From: a candidate division WWE3 bacterium
GTDB lineage: Bacteria; Patescibacteriota; WWE3; UBA101185; UBA10185
NCBI GenBank assembly: GCA_012798115.1
Contig: JAAZNV010000006.1
Span: 155,971 to 219,970 of the forward strand
Length of the DNA stretch: 64,000 bases
Direction of reading: 5' to 3'
Positions 29,347 to 38,226 of this stretch are shown piece after piece (position 1 is the stretch's first letter; each line of letters opens with the position of its first letter). Under the pieces are notes generated by a model. That model saw only the letters and a list, made by a program, of their open reading frames with translations. It was not told the origin of the DNA and did no database searches. The translations under genes and the position numbers were made by a program.

Positions 29347-30563
29347 GGTTGAGTTAAGATTGCTTTCTTCTTTCCTTGGTGTTTCCATATTAATATCATT
29401 GTTGAAAACAAAGCTATTAAGGCTCCAACTAAGTTGGAGATTGCTATACCTTGAAGTGATAGGATTGGAGTAAGCACTATTGAAAGAATTAAAAAGACAA
29501 TAAGTTTTCCTAAGCTTATATACATAATATATTTTGTTTTTTCTTCTATGAAAAAGTAGTGTTCCATAAATGTATGAATTGATGTGAATGCAGAAGCAAA
29601 AATTAAAAGACCAAGAAGTGGTATTGATTGAGAAAATTTTTCCCCAAGAAATCTTGAGATGAATATTTCTGATGCAAATGTTCCAATAAATGCCATCACT
29701 ATTATTAAGGTTGATATGCTTAAGATTTCTTTAAAATCATACTCCATATGTTGTTTCTTTCTATATGCATTTTTTGGAAGAAGGACAGTAAACACAGATA
29801 CTGATGCTAAAGTTAGGATATTTGTTACCTTTTCTGCTATTGAAAATATTCCAACACTAGAGAAGTCTTTTGCTATTTTAGCAATAGAATTAGCTATTGA
29901 TGGCCACCCTTCATAAATTAGTTGAGATATGCCTGCTGGATATGATTCTTTTAGTAAATTTAATGTTTGCAAAGCACTAAACTTGAATTGCTTGTACTTT
30001 CTTGGAAGAAAAGTAATCATAAGTGTGCTTGATAGAATGGATAAAGAAAATACTTCAAATGTTTGAGTTAAGCTTGGGTTTATAGATTTAGTAAACATTA
30101 AAATAGCAAATGTTCCTTTTATTAATGCAGGAAATGTGTTTAAAAGTACTAAGTTAAAGAACTTTTCTTCTTTTTGAAAAATTGGATTTAGTGTGTAATT
30201 TATAGAGTAAGCAGCAAGTCCCAAGACAAAGTATAGAATTATTTTTAAATCATTGAACTTAAATAATAGTAGTACACCAACTGATATTGGGATGGATATT
30301 AAAAGAAGAATTATTTTTAATGTATAAAATGTATTCAAGAGAGACTTATCTTCTGTTGATATTGATTTAGCTACGTATACAGAATTTGTACCAAAGTCTA
30401 TTAATTTTGATGTTGCTACAAGTAGTGTTGCTAGGAGGGCATATTTTCCAAATGAATCTAGGTCTAAAGTTTTTGCTGCTGCTGATATGAAGGCAAAACC
30501 AAGTACAGCATTGAATATATTTCCAATTCCTACAAGTACTATCTTTTGGATGGATTTGTTCAT
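29343..30563 (-). CDS. wzx: Wzx-like oligosaccharide flippase
   Basis: ~12 TM, FGKYAL..DFGT MOP-family pattern. ATG 30563. Confidence 0.8.
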   Translation of the reverse strand: MNKSIQKIVLVGIGNIFNAVLGFAFISAAAKTLDLDSFGKYALLATLLVATSKLIDFGTNSVYVAKSISTEDKSLLNTFYTLKIILLLISIPISVGVLLLFKFNDLKIILYFVLGLAAYSINYTLNPIFQKEEKFFNLVLLNTFPALIKGTFAILMFTKSINPSLTQTFEVFSLSILSSTLMITFLPRKYKQFKFSALQTLNLLKESYPAGISQLIYEGWPSIANSIAKIAKDFSSVGIFSIAEKVTNILTLASVSVFTVLLPKNAYRKKQHMEYDFKEILSISTLIIVMAFIGTFASEIFISRFLGEKFSQSIPLLGLLIFASAFTSIHTFMEHYFFIEEKTKYIMYISLGKLIVFLILSIVLTPILSLQGIAISNLVGALIALFSTMILIWKHQGKKKAILTQP

Positions 30564-30583
30564 TATGTATATGTTAGCAGAAT

Positions 30584-31480
30584 TTAATATCCAGGTGTTT
30601 TTAACTGATATAAAAAGGAGTTTGCGCTTTCTTGCCATGTTTTAAGCTTTATGCCTAAGGATCTTTGTGTAATGTCATTTCTAAGAGTTGAATATAAAGC
30701 CCTTGGAATTTTGGATGTTTTAATAAATTCTGACATTGATGCAGCCTCAATCTTATTAGTGTCTCTGCCAGTCTTTCCAATGATGTATTTAGCAAATTCA
30801 TAGTGTGATGTTGAGTTAGTTGACGTAACATGAAACACTCCTTCTTTTTCAGTTTTTATTATTATGTTTATAACTTCGCAAAGTTCATCAATAAAAGTAG
30901 GGCATATTGTATTATCTGAGAACAAGGGATACATTGTGTTTGAGTCATACATTTGAAGAAAGAGCCTTGCAAAGTCCACTTTTTTTTCATATTTAGCTCT
31001 GTATGGGTATGCAATTCTAATTATTGTGTACTGAGTTAATGTTTTAACCATCTCCTCTGCCTTAAGTTTTGTGTATCCATACCAACTTAGTTTGTTTGCA
31101 TTATCTTCAGGTGTTGAGTTTTCATCGTAGTATTCTTCTCTTTTTTCTGTTCCAGGAAATACTAGGTCCGTACTTATGTGTATAAAGCGTATATTATTGG
31201 TTCTTGCTACATTTACTAAGTTCTTGGTTCCTTCTACATTTACCCTCCATGTTAAAGCATCTGTGTTTCCTCTTTCTGTTTCAGACTTTTTAACATCAGT
31301 GACAGCAGCAAAGTGAATTATTAAGTTTGGTTTATATGTCTGTATGTAAGACTCTACAGCCTTTTTATCTGTAATGTTAAGCTCAAGCTCAGTTGGGTCT
31401 AATATTGTTAAAACCTCAAGCGAAAGTTCTAAATACCTCGACCCTACAAGACCAGATGATCCTGTGATTAATACTTTCAT
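30584..31480 (-). CDS. rmlD: dTDP-4-dehydrorhamnose reductase-like SDR
   Basis: GSSGLVG, HFAAVTDV, HISTDLVF, YGYTK. Confidence 0.85.
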   Translation of the reverse strand: MKVLITGSSGLVGSRYLELSLEVLTILDPTELELNITDKKAVESYIQTYKPNLIIHFAAVTDVKKSETERGNTDALTWRVNVEGTKNLVNVARTNNIRFIHISTDLVFPGTEKREEYYDENSTPEDNANKLSWYGYTKLKAEEMVKTLTQYTIIRIAYPYRAKYEKKVDFARLFLQMYDSNTMYPLFSDNTICPTFIDELCEVINIIIKTEKEGVFHVTSTNSTSHYEFAKYIIGKTGRDTNKIEAASMSEFIKTSKIPRALYSTLRNDITQRSLGIKLKTWQESANSFLYQLKTPGY

Positions 31481-32049
31481 ATTTTAAATTTCTCCGGAAA
31501 TAGTTGCCTTAAAGTAGGGTTATTTTCGTCTCTTTTAGATACAATTGGATTGTTGATTGGGTATTTTATATTAACATCAACATCATTCCAAATAAGGCCC
31601 TTTTGTTTAATCTGATCGTACTCTTTATCCATTAAGTACATAAACTCAAAAGGTGTTTCTCCAGTTGCTAAAGCTACTATTCCCATCCCTTCATCTTTAA
31701 ATATTGTTATTTGTTCTTTTTCTCCTGTTTCAAAGGTCTCATACCTTCCAAAGGTTTTTGATTCTGGTCTCATGTCCACTATTGCAATAAAGCCCTTTCC
31801 ATGAATGGGGTAGATAAGTTTGGAAGCAGTTTCAGAGTGTATACCTCTTAGAACACCTGGATTGGATACTGCATAATTCCATGTTTTGATGTGAAACTTT
31901 TTTCCTATCTTTTTTTCTAATAAACTAAGCTTTAAAGCTTCACGAAAGTACCCTCTAAAATCTTCAAAAGGTACTTTGTATATCACCCACAAACCATCTA
32001 TAGAAGTGCTTTTTATTACGCTTTCTGAGTAGTTGGGATCATTTTTCAT
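31477..32049 (-). CDS. rmlC: dTDP-4-dehydrorhamnose 3,5-epimerase family cupin
   Basis: DFRGYF, GVLRGIH, VDMRPESKTFG, SKRD. ATG 32049. Confidence 0.85.
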   Translation of the reverse strand: MKNDPNYSESVIKSTSIDGLWVIYKVPFEDFRGYFREALKLSLLEKKIGKKFHIKTWNYAVSNPGVLRGIHSETASKLIYPIHGKGFIAIVDMRPESKTFGRYETFETGEKEQITIFKDEGMGIVALATGETPFEFMYLMDKEYDQIKQKGLIWNDVDVNIKYPINNPIVSKRDENNPTLRQLFPEKFKI

Positions 32050-32051
32050 GT

Positions 32052-33065
32052 TTATTCTTCGCCAGGCACATTTAAGAACAACCATTCCTTATGATTCATA
32101 GTCCAGTCCACAGTCTTTTTTAATCTGTCTTCAAATGGTTTTTTGAAGTCCCAACCCATCTCATGTAGCTTTGATCCGTCTAAGGAGTACCTTAAGTCAT
32201 GACCAGGTCTACTGCTATGAAAATCCACTAATTTGTATTTTAATTGCATGCCCATCATATCTGCTACCATTTGGGCAAAATCTAGGTTATTTATTTCCTT
32301 TTGACCCCTAATGTTATATTTATCGCCATTAGTTGTTTGATTGTTTATTAAAAACAACACGGCGTCAGATATATCTCTAGCGTGAATATAGAACCTGGAC
32401 CCAGGTTTTGTCTTTGTTTTATCTGTGTGGATTAACACTTCCTCTCCACGTAGTATCTTTTTCATTATCTTAGGTAGAAACTTTTCTGGATGTTGTCTTT
32501 CGCCTACAGCATTCATGCAATGTGTGATAACAATTGGAAGTTTATAAGTATTTTCATATGCTATACAAAGTTCTTCTCCCCCAGCTTTTGTTGCTGAATA
32601 AGGGTTGCTGGCCTTATATCTATCCCACTCCTTATAATCCACACCTTCTGGTGCTGGTCCAAATACTTCATCTGTGGAGAAGTATACAAATTTTTGTAAA
32701 CCTTCTACTTTCCTAGCATAATCAAGTATGTTGGCGGTACCTACTACATTATCCATTACAAATTCCATCGGGTATGTAATGGATCTATCTACATGACTAC
32801 TTGCAGCAAGGTGTGCGATATAGTCGACTTGACCAATAAAATTAATAGTAAGGTCATTTAAAGGTGCCTTGAGGTCGTGCCATACGTCTTTCACCCTAGG
32901 TTTAAATTCATCCCATCTGTCTATAGAAGCTATTCTGTTACAGGTTCCGGAAACATCCAACCTATCTAATGTGACTATATCCCAATCTGTGTTTTTTAAT
33001 ATGTGTTCTACAAAATGAGAGCCGATAAAGCCATGTGCTCCCGTAATTAATATTTTCTTTGGCAT
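32052..33065 (-). CDS. rmlB: dTDP-glucose 4,6-dehydratase
   Basis: GAHGFIG, LAASSHVDRS, STDEVFG, YSATK, RPGHDLRY. SD AAGGAGG. Confidence 0.9.
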   Translation of the reverse strand: MPKKILITGAHGFIGSHFVEHILKNTDWDIVTLDRLDVSGTCNRIASIDRWDEFKPRVKDVWHDLKAPLNDLTINFIGQVDYIAHLAASSHVDRSITYPMEFVMDNVVGTANILDYARKVEGLQKFVYFSTDEVFGPAPEGVDYKEWDRYKASNPYSATKAGGEELCIAYENTYKLPIVITHCMNAVGERQHPEKFLPKIMKKILRGEEVLIHTDKTKTKPGSRFYIHARDISDAVLFLINNQTTNGDKYNIRGQKEINNLDFAQMVADMMGMQLKYKLVDFHSSRPGHDLRYSLDGSKLHEMGWDFKKPFEDRLKKTVDWTMNHKEWLFLNVPGEE

Positions 33066-33131
33066 CGTGGAACCTCCTTGTAAGAAACATTTTACAATGA
33101 CGTAATTATAACATAGTATAGGATCACGAAT

Positions 33132-34094
33132 ATGAAAAAGGTATCTGTTTTAATATCAAATACAAACACTTGTGATGTAATGCGGTTGTGTCTGCAAAAC
33201 TTAAAGAAGATAAAGAAGGAAGAATATCCGGAATTGGAAGTGATTGTAGTTGACACTTCCTCTAGAGATGACTCTGTAAGTATGGTAGAAAAAGAGTTTT
33301 CATGGGTAAATGTAATAGTAGCTCCAAATAACGGTCTTGCTGCTAGTTTAAATATTGCTTTAAAATTAGCTACAGGGGATTACATTTTGTATTTAGGGAC
33401 AGATGGGTTTCCAAAGGAAGGAACTATCAAAGGTTTGGTTGACTACTTTGAGAATATTGATAATTCTAAAGTTGGGGCTGCTACTGTTAAATTGTTAACA
33501 AGAGATGGTAGACAGGATATGGATGGTCATAGGGGACTCATAACTCCTTGGACGGCATTTACACATTTTACAAAATTAGAACTTGTTTTTCCAAAGAGTA
33601 AATTATTCGGTGGTTACTTCTTAACTTATAAAGACTTAAATAAAGAGCATGAGATAGATGCTTGTATAACCCACTTTCTTTTTGTAAGGAGGGGCGTTCA
33701 AGATCAAGTTGGTAGCTGGGACGAAGATTTTGTAGTTTATGGAGAAGATATAGATATGTGTTATAGAATAAAGGAATTAGGATGGAAGATAATGTACTTG
33801 CCTCAGTTTTTAGCAGAACACTGGAAAGGTGTTTCTGTTGGAAGAAAAATAACTTCAGACGTCAAAACCTCCAATGCGGGTATAACTCTCAAAGGTGTTG
33901 ACTATACAAAAGGTGAGCTTAGGGTTCAGATGAGAATATTGTCTACAGGAGCAATGAAGATTTTTTATGATAAGCATTTGAGAAAAAAGTATCCATTTTT
34001 TATTACATGTGTTGTTATGTTTGTGATAAAGTTTATGACCATCTTGAGGATAAAGGCTCAAGAGATAACTAATAAGAAGATGGGTATAAAGTGA
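33132..34094 (+). CDS. GT2 family glycosyltransferase (WbbL-like rhamnosyltransferase)
   Basis: WDEDFVVYGEDIDMCYR...GWKIMY.P..H.KG.S pattern. Divergent from rmlBCD. Confidence 0.8.
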   Translation: MKKVSVLISNTNTCDVMRLCLQNLKKIKKEEYPELEVIVVDTSSRDDSVSMVEKEFSWVNVIVAPNNGLAASLNIALKLATGDYILYLGTDGFPKEGTIKGLVDYFENIDNSKVGAATVKLLTRDGRQDMDGHRGLITPWTAFTHFTKLELVFPKSKLFGGYFLTYKDLNKEHEIDACITHFLFVRRGVQDQVGSWDEDFVVYGEDIDMCYRIKELGWKIMYLPQFLAEHWKGVSVGRKITSDVKTSNAGITLKGVDYTKGELRVQMRILSTGAMKIFYDKHLRKKYPFFITCVVMFVIKFMTILRIKAQEITNKKMGIK

Positions 34095-34095
34095 T

Positions 34096-35271
34096 ATGCC
34101 AAATAAGAGTGGAGAATACATTATTGGAATAGATGCTCGTTTCTACGGTGAAGCTGGTCCTGGAAGATATGCTAAGAATATAGTTACACACTTAGAAAAA
34201 ATAGATCACAAGAATAAATATGTAATCTTCTTGAGAAAAAAAGGATTTGATTTATATAACCCAACTAATCCCAACTTCACTAAAGCTCTTGCGGAATATA
34301 ACTGGTACTCTTTTGGGGAACAGCTTGGGTTTCTTTTTAAAATATTAAAGTACAAACTTGATTTATTTTATGTGCCTCATTTTAACATTCCAATTTTGTA
34401 TCCAAAAAAGATAGTTACAGCTATACCGGATTTAATAATGCACTCATTCAGCACGGAAAAGGGAACTACTTTATGGAAGCCCTATTATAAAGTGAAGAAA
34501 TTTGTTTATAAAATAGTATTTTGGTGGGCGATAGTAAGATCAAAAAAAGTGATAGTTCCAGCAAATACTGTATTGGAAGATTTTCTTAAATATTATCCAA
34601 ACATATCCAAAGATAAATATGTAATTGCAGAAGAAGGAATAGACCCAGATCTTAAAGGTGTAGATACATCAAATAGCGAGGAAGTATTAGATAAATATGG
34701 AATCAAAAAACCATTTATTCTTTATCTTAGTAGTATGTATGAGCATAAAAATGTTCCTAGACTCGTTGAAGCTTTTATAATTCTTATCAACAAGTATGGT
34801 TACACTGGTCAGCTAGTTTTAGTAGGTAAAAAAGATAAATTCTCTAAAGAAATAGGGGAGAAAGTATCAAACATGGGTTTAAGCAATAAGATAATTCTTC
34901 CTGGTCTTCAAAGCTATGTGGATGATAAAGATGCTTGTTGTTTAAGGAAAGAGTCAAGTATATATATATTTCCTTCCCTTAAGGAAGGGTTTTCGTTAAC
35001 TCCAATGGAAGCTCAGTATTTTGGAAAACCTTGTGTAATATCAGATATATCTATTCATAAGGAAGTATATGGAGATTCTGTACTTTATTTTAATCCTTTA
35101 AGTATTGATGATATAGCTGAGAAAATGAATAAAATACTGCATGATAAGGACTTACAGCAGGAATTAATAGATAAAGGCTATAAACTAACTGAAAAATATA
35201 GCTGGGATAAAACTGCAGAAGTTACTTTAACTGTTTTTAACAACATACTGAAAAACACCCAAAGTTTTTAA
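34096..35271 (+). CDS. GT4 glycosyltransferase (mannosyltransferase-like)
   Basis: IGIDAR, HKNVPRL, FPSLKEGFSLTPMEA. Confidence 0.9.
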   Translation: MPNKSGEYIIGIDARFYGEAGPGRYAKNIVTHLEKIDHKNKYVIFLRKKGFDLYNPTNPNFTKALAEYNWYSFGEQLGFLFKILKYKLDLFYVPHFNIPILYPKKIVTAIPDLIMHSFSTEKGTTLWKPYYKVKKFVYKIVFWWAIVRSKKVIVPANTVLEDFLKYYPNISKDKYVIAEEGIDPDLKGVDTSNSEEVLDKYGIKKPFILYLSSMYEHKNVPRLVEAFIILINKYGYTGQLVLVGKKDKFSKEIGEKVSNMGLSNKIILPGLQSYVDDKDACCLRKESSIYIFPSLKEGFSLTPMEAQYFGKPCVISDISIHKEVYGDSVLYFNPLSIDDIAEKMNKILHDKDLQQELIDKGYKLTEKYSWDKTAEVTLTVFNNILKNTQSF

Positions 35272-36363
35272 GGCTGTATTTTCCCACGTAAACTCGGAAG
35301 ATATATCTTTAGCTTTTTTTATTCTTTCAAGGTCATAATTTCTGCTTATCAAGTTCACTATTCCATCTTTTATACTGTTGCTGTCCTTAGGATTAATGTA
35401 GATGGGAATATCTTTTCCAATCTCTTTAAACGCTGGAATGTTTGAAACCATACATGGTGTTTCACATGTCATTGCTTCAAGAAGTGGGAGACCAAATCCT
35501 TCTTCAAAAGAGCAATTAACAAAACCAACCGATCCAGAGAAAAGAACTGGTAGGTCTTCATCAGAAACTCTTCCTATGAAATTAACATTATTCTCAACCC
35601 CAAACTTTCTTGGTGATTCCAAAGATTCTTCAAAATCCCACCCGTTTTTTCCTGCAATCAGAAGTTTGGTATCTTGAGGTATTTTCTTTTCCTTTAGTGC
35701 TAAACTAAATCCTTCTACCATCCCTGGAATGTTTTTTCTTGGTTGTATTGTGGATACAAAAAAAAGATATGGGTTAAGTTCAACATTAAACTTCTTTCTT
35801 ATTGTTTTTATTTCTTCTTCAGACCTTTTATAGAAATTGTTTCCAACACCTTCATGTACTATTTCAATATCATCTTCTTTTCTCCATTTCCTTCTTAATA
35901 TTTCATCTTTTGTAGCTTTTGTTGGAACTATTATTTTATCTGAATGTTTTATGGCATACTTAATAGGTCTATCAATCTTTAATCTTAAAAGTGGATTGTT
36001 GTATCCGGATGTGAACCGGTATTCTAGTCCATGAATCATGGTAACAAATTTAGTTTTTCTAGTTCTTATCATGGGAATTGTATGAACAGGTGTAAAAAAC
36101 ACATCTACAGGGTTTCTAAGAAGCTTTAAGGCAATTCCTAACTGAGTCCACATAACTGGGCACTTTATTACTTTATAATTGAAATTAGGATTACCTTGTG
36201 TCAGCTCACGGAAGTATTCTTCCTTTGGTTTTGTGCTGAAGTAAATAGTATATGTACTGTTCTCATCGATCTTACTTAATGCTTTATATAAGTTAAAAGT
36301 ATATTTTTCTGGTCCAGCAGGGTTTTCTATTAGTAGCTTTTGGCCATTTAGTCCTATCTTCAT
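35227..36363 (-). CDS. GT4 glycosyltransferase (mannosyltransferase-like)
   Basis: STIQPRKN, SFEEGFGLPLLEAM. 3' end overlaps the previous gene by 45 bp. Confidence 0.9.
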   Translation of the reverse strand: MKIGLNGQKLLIENPAGPEKYTFNLYKALSKIDENSTYTIYFSTKPKEEYFRELTQGNPNFNYKVIKCPVMWTQLGIALKLLRNPVDVFFTPVHTIPMIRTRKTKFVTMIHGLEYRFTSGYNNPLLRLKIDRPIKYAIKHSDKIIVPTKATKDEILRRKWRKEDDIEIVHEGVGNNFYKRSEEEIKTIRKKFNVELNPYLFFVSTIQPRKNIPGMVEGFSLALKEKKIPQDTKLLIAGKNGWDFEESLESPRKFGVENNVNFIGRVSDEDLPVLFSGSVGFVNCSFEEGFGLPLLEAMTCETPCMVSNIPAFKEIGKDIPIYINPKDSNSIKDGIVNLISRNYDLERIKKAKDISSEFTWENTALKTLGVFQYVVKNS

Positions 36364-36414
36364 TACTTTTACATTATAACCTAAGTTCTTCTTTTAAAAG
36401 GTATAATGTCTTTA

Positions 36415-37548
36415 ATGAAAGTAGCTATAGTATGTGATGATTTAATACAATTTGGTGGAGCTGAAAGGATAGTAGAAGCTCTTTCAGATATGTTTCCAGA
36501 AGCTCCAATTTATACTAGTGTTGCTTCCAAAAAATGGATTAAAAAATTCAAAGAAAAAGGAAGAGTGATAATAACATCGTTTCTTCAAAAATTTCCTTTA
36601 GCAGTAAAAATAAACAGATACTATTCTCCTTTTCTTCTCCATGTCTTAGCATTTGAAAGTTTTGATTTCTCAAATTTCGACCTGGTAATATCTTCTTCAT
36701 CTAGGTATGCTCACTTCATAATCACAAAACCTTCCACAAAGCATATTTGCTATATGCATTCTCCGGGTAGAATGATTTGGGAGTCTCTTGATTACTTTGA
36801 AAATGAAAATTATGGGATATTTAAACCCATTAAGAAATTTGCAAAACCTTTTCTTAAGATGCCTCTTCTTTATTTACGAGTTGTAGATTTTACCGTTTCA
36901 AGAAAAGTAGATAAGTTTATTGCAAACTCGGTAACTACTCAAAGAAGAATTAAGAAATATTACGGCAGAGACTCAGAAATAGTTAATCCTTTTGTAGATG
37001 CAAGTGAGTTTTATAATTTAAAAGATGACATAAAATCAGGAAACTACTTCTTGGTTTTAACTAGACTTTCTCCTTGGAAAAAGGTGGATATTGCAGTTAA
37101 AGCTTGTGAGTCATTCAATTTAAAATTGAAAATCATTGGTGATGGTCCTGATAAGAGAAGACTGCAAAAACTTTGTTCATCTAATAACATAGAATTTCTT
37201 GGGTATCTTAGTGATAAAGAAAAAGTAAATGTATTAAGGAGATGCAAGGCTGTAATAATTACACAAAAAGAAGATTTTGGAATAGTTCCTCTTGAAGCAA
37301 TGCTTTGTGGCAAACCTGTAATAGCCTATAAATCTGGGGGAGTCCTAGAGACTGTAGTAGAAGGTGTTACAGGAATTTTCTTTGAAGAACAAACACCAGA
37401 ATCGTTAGCGAAAGTGTTAAAAGAATTTAATCCTAGCAAATACAGATCCAAAGATTGCATAGAAAGGGCCTTAAACTTTAGAAAAGAAGTATTCTCTGAT
37501 AGAATTATGAACATAGTTCTCAACAACTCCAGCAATTTGGAAAACTAA
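36415..37548 (+). CDS. GT4 glycosyltransferase (WbaZ-like)
   Basis: QFGGAER, FDLVISSS, RLSPWKKVD, EDFGIVPLEAM. TATAAT lies 7 nt before ATG 36415. Confidence 0.9.
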   Translation: MKVAIVCDDLIQFGGAERIVEALSDMFPEAPIYTSVASKKWIKKFKEKGRVIITSFLQKFPLAVKINRYYSPFLLHVLAFESFDFSNFDLVISSSSRYAHFIITKPSTKHICYMHSPGRMIWESLDYFENENYGIFKPIKKFAKPFLKMPLLYLRVVDFTVSRKVDKFIANSVTTQRRIKKYYGRDSEIVNPFVDASEFYNLKDDIKSGNYFLVLTRLSPWKKVDIAVKACESFNLKLKIIGDGPDKRRLQKLCSSNNIEFLGYLSDKEKVNVLRRCKAVIITQKEDFGIVPLEAMLCGKPVIAYKSGGVLETVVEGVTGIFFEEQTPESLAKVLKEFNPSKYRSKDCIERALNFRKEVFSDRIMNIVLNNSSNLEN

Positions 37549-37572
37549 ATATGAGTTGTTGTATACTAATAA

Positions 37573-38226
37573 ATGATTATGAAATTTGACTCGTACGAGT
37601 TTGGAAAAAGAATAATGGATGTGTTTGGTGCTTTAGTTGGAATTATCTTTTTTTCACCTGTTATGATTCTTGCTGCTTTGTGGGTGAAAGTAGTTTCTCC
37701 GTCTGGTGGTGTGTTTGCTGATATTCCAAATAGAGTAGGTAAAGATAAGAAACCCTTTAGATTTCTTAAATTTAGGTCTATGGTTCCTGATGCTCATAAT
37801 TTTATGTTAAACAACCCAGAATTGTATAAGAAATATGTGGAGAATAATTACAAGATAAACCCTGATGAGGATCCAAGATTTTTACCAGGAGCAAAATTTG
37901 TTAGAAAGTATAGTATTGATGAACTCCCTCAATTTTTTAATGTTTTAAAAGGAGATATGAGTATAGTAGGTCCAAGAGCTTATTTTTTTTCTGAGATTCA
38001 AGAGCAAGGAGAAAAGTATTCAGAAGTAAAGCCTTTGCTAGATACTGTGTTTAGTGTAAAGCCAGGAATAACAGGATTATGGCAGGTAAGTGGCAGATCA
38101 GAAATAGGATTCCCAGACAGGGTTAGGCTTGATGCTACTTATGCTAAGAAAAGATCATTGCTTTATGATTTGCTTTTAATTCTTAAAACGCCGTATGTAG
38201 TTATTACAGGAAAGGGAGCTTTCTAA
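37573..38226 (+). CDS. Polyprenyl-phosphate phosphoglycosyl transferase (Bac_transf, CpsE/WcaJ catalytic domain)
   Basis: KRIMD, KFRSM, DPR, SIDELPQFFNVLKGDMSIVGPR, KPGITGLWQVSGR. Confidence 0.93.
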   Translation: MIMKFDSYEFGKRIMDVFGALVGIIFFSPVMILAALWVKVVSPSGGVFADIPNRVGKDKKPFRFLKFRSMVPDAHNFMLNNPELYKKYVENNYKINPDEDPRFLPGAKFVRKYSIDELPQFFNVLKGDMSIVGPRAYFFSEIQEQGEKYSEVKPLLDTVFSVKPGITGLWQVSGRSEIGFPDRVRLDATYAKKRSLLYDLLLILKTPYVVITGKGAF

